From NCBI GenBank assembly GCA_904063045.1, contig CAJFCJ010000007.1, positions 179,540 through 243,539 of the forward strand: a DNA stretch of 64,000 bases, written 5' to 3'. This DNA is from Dimorphilus gyrociliatus (taxonomy: Eukaryota; Animalia; Annelida). Within the stretch, counting starts at the first letter, position 1, and each line of letters opens with the position of its first letter. The notes under the pieces are model-generated. The model worked only from the letters and a program-made list of their open reading frames with translations. It was not told the origin of the DNA and ran no database searches. Positions 40,094 to 52,800 of this stretch are shown here, one piece after another. A program made the position numbers and the translations under genes.

Positions 40094-41510
40094 ATGATTA
40101 CGAGAAAAGAACGGATATCCAGATTTCGAAGGTATATTATATCGAAAACTTTTAAAAGATCCTTTGAAGTGTGACCCCTCAACTTGAATTACGTAATCCT
40201 TATTAATATTCCTAATGCCTGTATTGAATTTTTTTGTGCATGATACACTATTAAATGTAACCTTAGACCAAAGACGCGTGTATACAGTATGTAACTTTTG
40301 TGAACATATTCAACGGGAATATTTTAATCAGTCATAAAAAAAACCACAGTAGTTCGCTTAATTAAAAAGGGAAAAAAGGGTTACATTCCGAACGTTCTTT
40401 TAATCCAGGGCAAAAATATTCGAGCTGAAGAAAGCGCTTCGTTTTATTAGCGTCGATAGCTTGCGTTTATTTTCCCGCCCTCTTCCTCCTATCATGTATA
40501 AGTGATGCATTGAACTCACCTACGTCAGCATCCTACGCCGTGTTTACGGAAAGATTACGTAGTAAAGTCTGCCATTTATTTATATTTAAGCTGATACGGT
40601 CGGCATATTTCTCAAACGCTCGTATTAAAATTGAAAATAAACATTGAACGACTCTTGAATAGTTAGAATATATTCACAAGTTTCTTACCTTTCGCCCCTT
40701 ATAGTTCAATTTAGCTTAACTTGACACTTTAACCTTAAATCGTATAGAAAAGGATCGTAATGAGAATAAAACTCCCTAACCATTCATAACACAAGTATAA
40801 TTAATAATAGAGTTTTATTTGGATTCTTTTTAACAAGAACGATGTTTTTATGTTGTACAATCAAAGAAAATCCATAATTTAGTTAAACCTCAAACAATTT
40901 AAACGTTCACAAAGAATATAAACTCCCCAGTCTAGTATGAAAAGGTAAGGCTAAGTTACGTTTGAATATAAAATTCACAGCTCCGATATGGTTTTAAAAA
41001 TGCATAAATTATGCAAATATAAAAGTCTCTTAATCGTTTTATTAAATTTTAAAGTAAACAGAAAAATTGGTAAACGCCACATATCGCGTAATTGACATCT
41101 AAAATGAACAGGTGCATCGCCTGCTTTTTCCCTTAGCCTTCTCTCTATCTCTGTCCTTTTCTATTTATCTTTCCTACCCTCTATCCGCCTGTCTTGATAC
41201 TTTTTCCTTCAATATACTGTTCTTTTGTTACAAGGCTACGTATTCCACAACTAAATTATTTATAAACTATGTTTCCAGCTTTATTTCTCCTTCCATGAGA
41301 AGAACTCTTGATCGCCCGCCCTTTTCTTTCTTTATTTCCTTGCCCTATCATTTCCCATTATATAAAACTATGTGAGCATATTTTGTTAATATCTCCTAAC
41401 ATTTCTCCTCATCTATTAAAAATCCCTGAAAGAGATTTATGGTATAGATATATCTTTAATATAGACTATGTAGCTAGCAATATACATATATAAATTTATA
41501 TATATATACA

Positions 41511-41550
<40 letters not shown>

Positions 41551-44500
41551 CCTTTTCTCTTTTGTTTCAGGTGCAACACACTCTTACATGGTATTCTAGA
41601 ATCAAAGTGGACGCAAGTCATTATCATCTTCTTATCGATAGCAAAAGCATTATTAAACGTTTTTCTAATATTAATAGCGTTGGATTATTTAGTAGGTAAG
41701 GAGAAGAGAAATTTTATATTTTTATTACTTTGTTTATGTTTAGAGAATTCTTCGAATGCTTTGCTTTTTTTATCTATTTAAATATTTCACCCATCAAAAA
41801 CCTTGCAAGGGTCTTTAACCGAAATAAAACGTATATTGAACTTATACAATCAACAATAAAAATAATCAACACGCCAGAGAAAAATCACCCCCCTTCCCCC
41901 CTCTCTTTTCCTCTCTTTCCCCCCTGTAGAGTTGCACTTGTGTCAACAATCAATTCATTTATTCGTTTTTCTGGTTTTCAATTATTATCTTTCAACTTTT
42001 AAGCGGGTTTATGAAATTAGTTTATAAGAGGACTTTTTTCAAAGATATTTAAGTATTATATATATTTAAACTTTATGTTTATTTGTATAAATATAATAGA
42101 AATAGGAAATATGCGGGTAGCTTAAAGGCTTATGTAAGTTGGGATGAAATTTCTATATATCACCGTTTATATTGCATAATGTATGCATATGTAAATATGA
42201 AAGACGGCAGGTGCGTCATAAATTACTCTGAGAAAATAAAAAAGAAAGAGGAGGAGAAGAGAGAGAGAGAGAGGGGGGCAGAGAAAAAGTAAGGCGAAAA
42301 GGAAGAAGCAGGTGACAAGGAGGCTAAAAAATTTTTAAACAATTTATCATTTCTCGCTATTCCGCTCGTTTGCGTGATCCCGCTTCCCTGGCTAGCTTAA
42401 AGTTTTTCTTTCCATTCCCCCAATAGTAATAATTATAACCGTATAAGTTTACCTTTTCAGTAGAATGCGTGAGAAAGAATTTCTTTAGAAATACAAATAA
42501 CATAAATTAATAGAATAAACAGATGGAAAGAAGAAGGATATATTGTTGACTATTAACGTCAAACTTGTTAATTTAGTGAACAAAATTGGCAGGTAAAAAA
42601 AGACGAAAAAATTGAAGTAGACAGATAGAGAGACAAATAGACCGAGCAATTCAATACTATTGAAAAGAGCATGTTTTACATTAAGTTATTGTTACCCTAA
42701 GTCGCTTTTTATTTCTTATATTCCCTTTGTAAGATCTATACGCCAAGGTAGTAAAATATACGTAAAAAGGAGTATTTCTTTTTCATGATTTCAGACGGAG
42801 ATTTCAATACGTCTGTAGTTTCATTTTTACTTTATGGTCTTCTCATTTTACACATTTGTTTACTCTTTACACAGATAAGAATGTCGAAAGCGATGATGAG
42901 AAAAAAAATAGTCTAAAAGCCGTTCAGGTGACCCTGTTCTCAATCTGCTTATTCATAATTTCTATATTCATGTTAGAGGTTTGTATTTATCTCTTTAAAC
43001 CAATTGATTAAAGACAATAAAAATAATTATAGTAAAAAAACAAATAATAGATAATAAGTAAAATAACGAGGAAAAAACCTTTAATAAGAGGATTATAAGT
43101 GGTGGGTGGTTGAATGGGTAAAGAATCGAAGAATATGGATTATTTGACCTAATAGCGTCCTTTGTTAATTAGGTGTATAATGTGGTGAGAAGAAATATAT
43201 ATATTTGTATTTTATATATAAATATATAGGTGATTTAGGTTAACATAGAAAACTTAAGTAAAAAAAGAAAATCCAGCGTTGAGTGTGAAAATTAACAAAC
43301 GTTCGTGAAAATTTACGCAGGGGATTCACAGCCTAAAAACCGTCAAGTGTATTTGTTATCTTTTAAACATTCCCTTTTGAGACGATTAACCTTTTAACCA
43401 ATAAGAGAAAAAAATTGAATTCTTACCGCCTTGTTTATCGACCATTTATTACTTTAGCTAAAACTGACCTCATTTTTTTCCTATGAGAAAAGAGCGTCCT
43501 ATTTGGTAAATAGAACTAGGCCGCAAAATAACGACGCCGGTCTCGGTCTTCTCAATATGAGAGAAGAGTAAACAGGCAACCTTATCTCCTCTCTCCGAAT
43601 GCAAACAATCGTAAAAAGTCTCTTTCTCACTTTTGTTTTCCAACTTTTATGTTACTTTCCTTATGTGTATCAAAGTTTCTAGTTATTTTTCTCGTTTCTT
43701 ATCTTACCAAATGGATAATTTATACACACAACAATTTTATTGTCGCTAGTCATCGTTTCTTTATTCTTTATCAACAGATTCTATTAAGGATATTATGCAG
43801 ACAATTGACCATCTTGGACGAAAAATTGGAAGTAGGTTATTAAAAAACAATTTCAACAATAGATAAAACCATTAAATAATTTATGTCGCTATTTTTTAGT
43901 TATTTATCATAGATTTTTATAGGTTAAGAAAGTGAACGGAAGTCTAACTTCTTTTAATAAAGCATTCTAAAATATTTCTATAGGTCTTTGATTGCTTCAC
44001 CGTCCTCGTTACCTTCGTTCTATATGTCTCCTTCTACGGGGCTTTACCCACGTCTAGAGAAAATGCCTACGGCTGTGGATTACTTATATTACTTAGACTA
44101 TGGCGTTTGAATAAATGTAGGCATAGTAAGTACAAAATCAAATCATATATGTACCGACATCTGGCGGATACTTTTGATATTATATATAATGCAAAACAAA
44201 CAATCTACACGTACTATACATATAAATATTTACATTTAATTCTCATTTAGCCTTCCAAAGAAAGTATAAAAAAAGAAATACCTATTTGAAATGCCGATTA
44301 GAGAACGCTGAATTGCGGCTAAAAACTTTAAATGGATTAGTTTTGCAACAAAGAGTAAGTTGCCTTAGATATTTAGTTGCTCTTCCCTATGCCCTATTTT
44401 TATGTTTTAATTAATCTTTTACTGCTTCTTTCTCCCTTTTGAATATTCTTAGCGCGAAATTGAACAACTTAAAAGAATCAAACAACTTACTGGTAAGCTA

Positions 44501-44966
44501 TTATGCGATTAGCGTTTTTTATTGTTTTTTTCTTTTTAATCAATGAACAAATTTATTGAAAAGTTCATTAGCTAAAAGAAATAAACAATAATACTGTACT
44601 ACTTTTTAACTAGATATTCAAAACCTTCAAGTTCAATATTTGGGAAGCGCGCCAAATATAGGATTAGGAGCTGCAATTTCGACAATAGCTCCTTCAAACC
44701 CTAATGAAGCTTTGACGGACGCAGTAACTTCTACTCCAGTAAACAACGAGGAAAGGAGAACGTTAGATAAATCTGTGCTATTAGTCCCAAACCACTTATC
44801 GCCTATTAGACGGTCCAGGGGGACAGTTTCTAGTGGATATACTAATCCCAGTTTTGACGATATACCAGACGAAATGAAAGAAATTCAAAGAGTCTCGGAA
44901 GTACCAGTTCCCTTTGGTAGTACAGCAACAATAGGAGAGATATCAAAGGTAAATAATCCTCAATAA
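40094..44966 (+). CDS. Hv1 (HVCN1)/TMEM266-family voltage-sensor-domain protein, 319 aa, with non-canonical S1
   Basis: 8 GT-AG exons, all phases consistent: 40094-40131, 41571-41695, 42875-42978, 43778-43831, 43984-44125, 44251-44354, 44453-44492, 44614-44966 (960 nt). S1 QVIIIFLSIAKALL, S2 IISIFMLEILLRI, S3 KLEVFDCFTVLVTFVL, S4 GLLILLRLWRLNK, then coiled coil ending REIEQLKRI. Confidence 0.88.
41512..41548. repeat. (TA)n microsatellite just upstream of the Hv-like exon 2 acceptor
   Basis: TA tract preceded by TATACAG. Confidence 0.95.
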
Positions 44967-45401
44967 GCGTTTCCCATTATAATGTTAAATAAACTGGCCA
45001 TTAATTTTGACAGTTGGACATGCCTACAACGGATTTGTAATCCAAAAATACCAAAACCAAAAATTCAAAATCTGATTTAAAGTGCTCCTACTCCACTGCA
45101 AAACTGTTAAATCTTGTTGAACTATATAACAAAACTTAGTCAAAATATTTACGTCATATTGCATAATATATATATACTGTATATCTATATGTCTATACAT
45201 TTAAATGTTCAGCCTATTATCTAAAGAAAACTTTTATAAGTAATCAAAATATACGAAACTTAACAAATTTGATGATTATCTTGTTGATTTATATTCTAAC
45301 TATTGACCTACTGAAAGAGAACAATTGCGAAATATCTTTATTAATCTAGTATTAGATGTAATCTAGATATTTTTTGTCCTATACTAGAATATTTCTGTAC
45401 T

Positions 45402-45404
<3 letters not shown>

Positions 45405-45456
<52 letters not shown>
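45405..45456. repeat. (TA)n microsatellite, about 26 units
   Basis: Uninterrupted tatata tract between the Hv-like gene and SLC16. Confidence 0.97.
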
Positions 45457-45463
<7 letters not shown>

Positions 45464-45687
45464 TATATATTATACAGTTATATAATAGTTATTTCATCAT
45501 TTCGATCAATACTAGTTTTCTTTGGAAATTCTTATTATAATTTAATAGGTTTTTCTTATTATTATATTTCACTTCAGATGGCAGCACTCATATTTCAATA
45601 TTAAACTAGGTAATTGATTATTTTTGACAGACTATTAGAATGTTTCATAGTGAATCTATTGCGTAACAATTTATAGTAAAGTTGACG

Positions 45688-47250
45688 ATGGAAGGAAAAA
45701 GAGAATATCCAGAAGGAGGATGGGGTTGGTTTTGTGTTTTAGGTTCTGGAATAGTTCACATTATTTTCGGATTAGTTAATAGAGCATTCGGTGTTTTTTA
45801 TGTTGATTTCCTTGAGAAATTTCAGTCATCAAATAGTGTGATAGGAGCTCTTGGAGCTCTAAATATTGCAATTTTCGGATTATCCTCCCCATTTGTTGGT
45901 AGAATAACCGACAAACTGGGCTACCGGCTAACAACGATAATAGGTGCATTTATAGTATCAGGATCTTTCATCATCACGGGTTATGCTACACATCTAGCAG
46001 TACTGTTTGTATCAGTTGGAGTTTTATTGTCTTTTGGTATGGCATTATGTTTTTCTCCAAGCTATCTTATCATTAATATGTATTTTAATAAAAGAAGAGG
46101 CATTGCTATGGGCTTGTCGACCCTGGGTTCGGGTATAGGTTGTTTAGGGGCACCCCTAATCGAGATTCTTTCTGCTAATTATGGATATTCAAGTTCCTAT
46201 TTAATGTTAGGCGGTATAAGTTTACATTTAATTGTTTCTGGAGCTCTGTATCAAGTACCACCAAAAACCCTTGAAATTACAGATGTCGACATTGCAAAAA
46301 TTGAACTTGAAGATAAAATAGAAGATATCAGCAATTTAAAGAAATCCAATAAGAAAATGACTTTACTAAAATCCTGGAGAAATCTTTGTAGTAATTCATT
46401 ATTTCAGTCCGTCCTGTTCGCCAATTTTACGATTTGCTGTTTATCCGGAGGACTAGCAGCATTTCAAATAGCCTTTGCAATGGATAGAGGACATACAAAA
46501 GAAATATCTTCATACCTTTTTACTGGACTGGCAGCGGGTGATATACTAGGACGGCTTATGAGTGGTTTTATAGTGGACTTGAAATTAGTTAAACGATTTA
46601 GAACACATCTTTTTCAAATACTTTGTGCAATATCAGGAATTTTCACGCTTTCTCTACCTCTTGGTTCGTCTTTCACTTTTTATCTGGTTTTTTCTATACT
46701 GTAAGTTTAAAAATTTTTCCATCTTTTTCCTCATTAAATGAGAATTGATAAGACAGAGAGAGAATGCGCAGGGGAACAATATTTGTTCATCAGCAAGTTT
46801 CCTAAATACTTCATTGATATAATAAACTAGAATATGATGAAAGGGAGTATTTTGGGAAAACCATCTCTCTATTTACTTACTAATTAAATAAATTACTAAT
46901 TAATAGACACGATATCAACTAAAATGTTTTACTCGTTTTAGAAGGGGATTATCTATGGCTACATTGCTTGCCCAAAAATCCATAATGGTATCGGACGTTG
47001 TTGGAGATGATTACACAATGGATGGTTTAGGACTTTTGTTATTCGCTAACAGTTCTGGAATAGTCATCACCAGAATAGCTGGAGGTAAGAATATACTGTC
47101 GAACATTTACAGCTTTACATTTATTCGTGTAACATTTCAGGTTTACTAAGAGATACAACTGGCTCACACGATGTGTCTTTTTACCTGTTTGGAGCACTTG
47201 CTGTACTAAGTATTATTGTTTATGGTTGTAAAATAAAACTTGGAAAGTAA
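45688..47250 (+). CDS. SLC16: Monocarboxylate transporter (SLC16/MCT, MFS)
   Basis: Exons 45688-46700, 46942-47084, 47141-47250. N-terminal PEGGWGW motif, YFNKRRGIAMG loop, GDILGR and about 12 TM segments. Confidence 0.92.
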
Positions 47251-47831
47251 TTACAAATCGTATAGTCATCTTTTACATTACAAATATAGGCCAAACGATT
47301 AAGTATTGTTTTTCCTCTACCTTCAAACTGAATCGAATTATGAGTCATATCTTATTTTACCATTCAAATAATAACTCCTAATATCACATAATTTTAACCA
47401 TATGAGTAGTGTAGTATTTCCTTAGTACAAAGTCAGAAAGAGAGTAAAAGATCTTTCATTTTTCTCTCTATTTATGTAAAATATTTTGGATTCGTTTAAT
47501 TGTTAGAGATTCTATTCATCTAATTAGGATATATAATCTATTTTTAAATATATTTTAAAACACTTAGCATATTCATATAGCATTCTTCGTTTTAGAGCAT
47601 TTTCTCCTATTCATCTTTATCTATATATATCAATATTATATTACACATAAACAGTAAACAGTCTATATATTAACGGTTTTTTGTTATAAACACACAGAAT
47701 TTCTCATTTGATAAAATATAAAAACTATAAAAAATTTTTTGTACATATTTTAAAAGGATAAAAAATAAACATAAATACGAAAATATTTGCTTTACTTTTT
47801 GGAATCAATCAACTGCTTTCAAGTTTTTCGT

Positions 47832-49894
47832 TCAAGCATCTGTAGTTGGCTTTTCGAGAGAGTACGGTGGGGGAGGACCATCATCGTCGTATGTTGGTAA
47901 CCTAAGCACGTTTGGCGATTGATAAGCTTCAACGTTAGGCGAAAGGGGAGTGGTGCTAAATTGCCTGCTGGGTAGAGGAGGTGGGAGGCTAGAGCTTGGT
48001 AAAACTGCATAGACATTTGGATCGTCAATTTGAGATTGAAGGCTTCTCAATTTGCATTCTGCGACTTCCGCGTAAGGATTTTCACCCATAGCTTCTAAAG
48101 CTTTGGGCGCATCTGAATAAAAATTTGTGCTGCAAGCTCCTCCCCCTCCTATACCATTAGGACCAGCCGAACATGCTCCATCCGCATCAAAAACTGGATT
48201 ACAAGCGTTAATCACATCTACATCAAAGTGTTCTCGATTTAAATTAGCCTGATTTTGAACTTGTTCTTGTGGTAACTTTCTTCTGATGAGCATAGATCAA
48301 TAAACTTTGAGTTTTTTAATAAAATTAATTATTCAACTTACGCTTGTCGACGTCTGTAAACTATCAGGCTGATAGCAACACACAAAATAGTTAGAACCAT
48401 TATTACTATGAGGAGAATATACCAGTGCTTAGAAATAACAGATGATTCATTTTTGTAAAGTTTCTAAATGATAGAACAGTGTCTGCAATTAGTATTGTAC
48501 ATTGAATATTGATAAACGAACGTACTTCTTTTTGATTTGGAGCAAAAGAGTTTGCACTATTTGGTGATGTTGAAATCGGTATGTTACAATAAGTACCACC
48601 AAATCCAAAAATACAAATACAGCTCCCTTCTTTACATACTCCATGTACGCAGGGAACGTATGGATGACCCAATTCATTTTTATCCTTACAGGCATCCTTT
48701 TCGCATAGTTCACCAAAATATGCCTTACTACAAATACACATACCATTTGTCCGATTACAAACAGCACCATTCAAGCAGGATTTAGCATCACAAACATGAG
48801 TTTGACACTTATCACCGGTGTAGACACGCGGACAGGAACATTTCAAGTTTTCAACGCAAGTACCATTGTTTAAGCAAGGATTTTGCAAATCACATACATG
48901 ACTTTCGCAAGTTTTACCAACAAATTGGTCGGTACAAGCGCATTCAAACATTGCCTTTTGTGGTTCATAACAAGTTCCTCCATTTAAACATGGATTCGAG
49001 TCACATTCTTTTATATCTTGTTCACAATTTTCACCTATCCAGCCAGCATGACACAATTTCTTACCCGTTTTCGAATCACAGTCAAAATTGCTGTTTCGTT
49101 CTCTTTTACAAAAGACAGAGCAGTCAGTATGATAATAGTTTGTTCGACACTTTACCCAAAATTCTAATTCGATAGTGTTTCTTGTATTATAATAATACTT
49201 CCCCCGGAATGATGATTTTCTCTTTTCTCCATTTGCAGCAGTCTTTAAATCGAAGTGAAATCTATCAACCAAATCATCATTATTGTAGCTATCGTGATCG
49301 TGAACATCTATGTCTACAACTACTCCACCCTGTATTGTCATTATTAATCCCATTAGAACAGATATAAAGCTGCAGTAAATAGAATATAAAACCTGATATT
49401 TATCTCTAACTTGTATCTTATAAGGCTGAAGACCACTGAATCTTGTAACTTTATAGCGATTATTCTGTTCGGACGTTGTTTTGCGCCCTAGAGAGCATGT
49501 TTTCTTACTAATAGTAAGGAAAATAGTTAAAATCTCAACAAATAAATGTATATAGATATATATACTTTTCAGATAATTTGGAGAAGCAAACTTGAAAGAT
49601 GGGATCACACTTTTTCTTACTACCAGTAATAAAAGCTCCACCATCGCACACATCTCCGTCATGTTCCCTAGAATTTCCTTGCCATTGAATTAAATTGACA
49701 TAAAAATCAGCTACAATTTTCGCCTGAGCTATCCATAACTATATATTTAAACAGAGAGAACTTTAAATACGATATGATGTGTATATAACATGAAACTATA
49801 TACTGTATATATACTGTATATACTAATATATATATTTGTTTATATTTACAATAAAAATGGAGTAAAAAATGAAGTAGAAATTAAGAATTCGCAT
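47832..49894 (-). CDS. Delta-like Notch-ligand-type protein (signal, C2/MNNL, DSL, 4 EGF, TM, intracellular tail)
   Basis: Exons 49894-49850, 49738-49566, 49507-49393, 49329-48526, 48463-48342, 48282-47832, all phase-consistent. MNNL CDPIFQVCF, DSL CRTNYYHTDCSVFC...CHAGWIGENC, four EGF repeats and TM WYILLIVIMVLTILCVAISLIVYRRR. Confidence 0.85.
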
Positions 49895-51289
49895 CTTTCT
49901 TGAATGGATACGCAGTTATGAAAAAAAGGTATAATATCCTGAAAAGAGAAAAGTAAACAAACATAAGTTTAATAATAGTCTATAAGAATGTAATAATAAG
50001 AAACTAGGACAAATTTTTCATATTATTTATATTGTATTCGTGTTTTAATTTGTAATAAGGTCTAGGTGAAAAAAAGTTTTATGATCTATTATAATTGAGG
50101 TATTGAGAATTCTGTTTAAACTTTCTACATGTAATACAAGTAACAGTGAATTCTACACTATCTATTCAGTAAACTATTGGGACTGTTCCAAAGTCCTTCG
50201 TTAAGATCATGTTTCTTATATTGTTGTACTTTACCTTTCCATTACTCACTTACTAAGACATTGTAAAAGGAAGACGAAGAAAATAATACATAAGGACTAT
50301 AATATCAAAGAGAAATATAGGAGAATGTCAGCCTATTTTATATCTCTCTTTCTAAATATTAAAGCTAACTACATCCATTTATCTGTAGTAAACATTATAA
50401 AACAATATAGAAATTCGTCCTTACCCTAGGATCTGCCAATTACTTGAGTTAATTAACACATAAACAAAAACACAATAATCTATGAAATGTTTACGCCTTG
50501 ATAATCGAATATTCCAAAAGCCAAATCAAACGAAAAAAACAGTTAAAACAGTAGAATAAAATATATGTTTTTATATCCTCTAAATATAATTTCGTACGAA
50601 GAAACTTGTTGTAGTATGTGCGTACAGTCGGAATGTGTGTGAACGGGCTTTGATGGTATCCAACAATATAAATAAGTCACGTGATATATATCGTATTGAA
50701 ATTAGGAGCCGGAAATAAAATTATATATAAAAACTTTTGGTTTACGTATGGTATTACGATGAATGATTGGAATAATCCTAATATTACAATAGTTTAGTAA
50801 TCATAAAAACTGTATTTGCGGACAATTATTCTGAATCATAGAGGGAAAAGAGAGTTGAATCTATCCAGACATGGAACTACTGCTATTCATAATATTCTTA
50901 CTGTTGTACCAGGGAATAAAGGAGAATTATAGGCTTATATACAATACATTTCTTTTGTAAATCAAACGAGTGTTTATTAAATATATCGACATAAATATAT
51001 ATATATATATGTTAGTATATATTTATCATTGTTAAAAATGATATAATATTTCTCTCTTATGTTCATGATGAGAACTCGTCTCTCTTCTCCTCATTGAAAT
51101 ACTAATGACAAAACAGTTAATTACTTAGCTTTTCGAAAGCTTCTTAGTAATAAGAAAACTGTTGATTTTTTTGCCTATTGTATTTAAGATACTTCTTTTT
51201 TCAAAGTGTGGAATTTCTTTTCATCTTTATTTTACTTTTATAATTTGATTAAATCTTCATTATCGTATCGTTTCTATATCCCTCTTCCC

Positions 51290-51292
<3 letters not shown>

Positions 51293-51332
<40 letters not shown>
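51293..51332. repeat. (CT)n microsatellite
   Basis: Uninterrupted tctctc tract. Confidence 0.97.
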
Positions 51333-51336
<4 letters not shown>

Positions 51337-52800
51337 TCTTATTTCAGCCTAAACTGTACAAAAATAAAATATAAGTGCTTTTGTAGGTGGTGATAAAACA
51401 TAATAATTTATTTTCTTTAAGAAATGTTGTAGGTGGGTGATTTTCTTTTTCATTATATGCTTTCTTCAAAGAAATTACTCACCCTTAACCCTAAGTAGCT
51501 AGTAGGCTTAAGTATATTTAAAAAACGGCCTGAGTCGATTAATTACTCTTGGCTTATCATTTAAATTATTACTGTTATTACTAAATTATGTGTAATTTCT
51601 TTTATGCAGAGAGAATCTTAGTATTATTCATTCAGAAATGTATCAGATTTGTTTTTTGGGTACATTTCACTTATTACGCAGTTATGTTGATATTTTTTTC
51701 AACTCTCTATTCCACCGAGTACGAATAGAATATATAAAAATTCTTATATTTTAAAAGAATAGATATATTGTTGTTGTCTTCATTCTCTCTTTTAATTATT
51801 AAATATTAGTTTTATGTCGTTTTCTTTTCTTTTCTATTTTATAAAAGGCAATTTAATATTGATTTAATAAATGAAAAACGGAGAGGAAAAGAAAAATTGT
51901 TAAACTAGCAAAACAAGGCTTTGTTTGAAGGATATATTCCTCTTAGAGAAATGATAAAAGTCCCAAAGGGTATGCAGATGGAATATAATAAAAGGTTTAA
52001 ACAATATGTAATAAGTTATGAACATAACATGATATATAATTAAGATTATTTATACACCAAGATAAAAATAAAATATCAATTAATATATGAAATTTCACTT
52101 TGCTACAAAGAACAACTTCTCATATATCGATGATTCATTTATTATTTTCCAGGACTTTTATACAAAATTCTATTAGTGTCTAATGCGTTTCGTTTGTTTT
52201 TCTTTTGTTTTTTTTTTATATATATTTTCATATTGAATAAATCCTACTGTTATGTTACTTTTCAATCATTAACTACTGTATATACTACTTTCTCTTTTCT
52301 CTCTACTTTTCCTATTTATTTTCGTAATTTATATTAAATAGAATACGCATTAAAAACAATAGCGTCTTTAGAAGGACTAATGCTTCTTCGTTATTATAGT
52401 TGTTATTTGTCTTATTTATCTTAAATGAAAACTAACAGGTTTTACTACTATTACTACTATTATTGAAATTTTTGTCCTCTTTTGTATCTTTATTTAACAT
52501 CCATGATTCAGGATAAAGACTCTTGTCATTAGTGTTTTTCTGTTTTTTGCTTATGTTTCTCTGTACATCCTGGTTCAATGTCCCTCAAGAAAGTATCAAT
52601 TTTGTTGTATTTTTTTATCATAAATATAACAATGTTTTCACTTCGTTTCGAAAATCTACCAAAACATATTTACTTTTATTACTGTATTTAATTTTGTATT
52701 TTCGCGCCAAACTTGGACTATCTAAAGTGACTTAGAACAGTATTTAGAAGGGCATGTTAAGGAAATACTTTTGTCATTGATTTAATGTTTTTATAATAAA

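Noticed and set aside
43649-43777. Hydrophobic 5' part of ORF 43649-43843 as the Hv S2 helix
   Set aside because: The real S2 lies in exon 42875-42978; only 43778-43831 is exonic.
48406-49662. 418-aa ORF taken as the Delta-like protein as annotated by the ORF track
   Set aside because: Its N-terminus is the wrong frame and it reads through introns; the true start is 49894.
51481-51494. cccttaaccctaa telomere-like words
   Set aside because: Only two imperfect units; chance.
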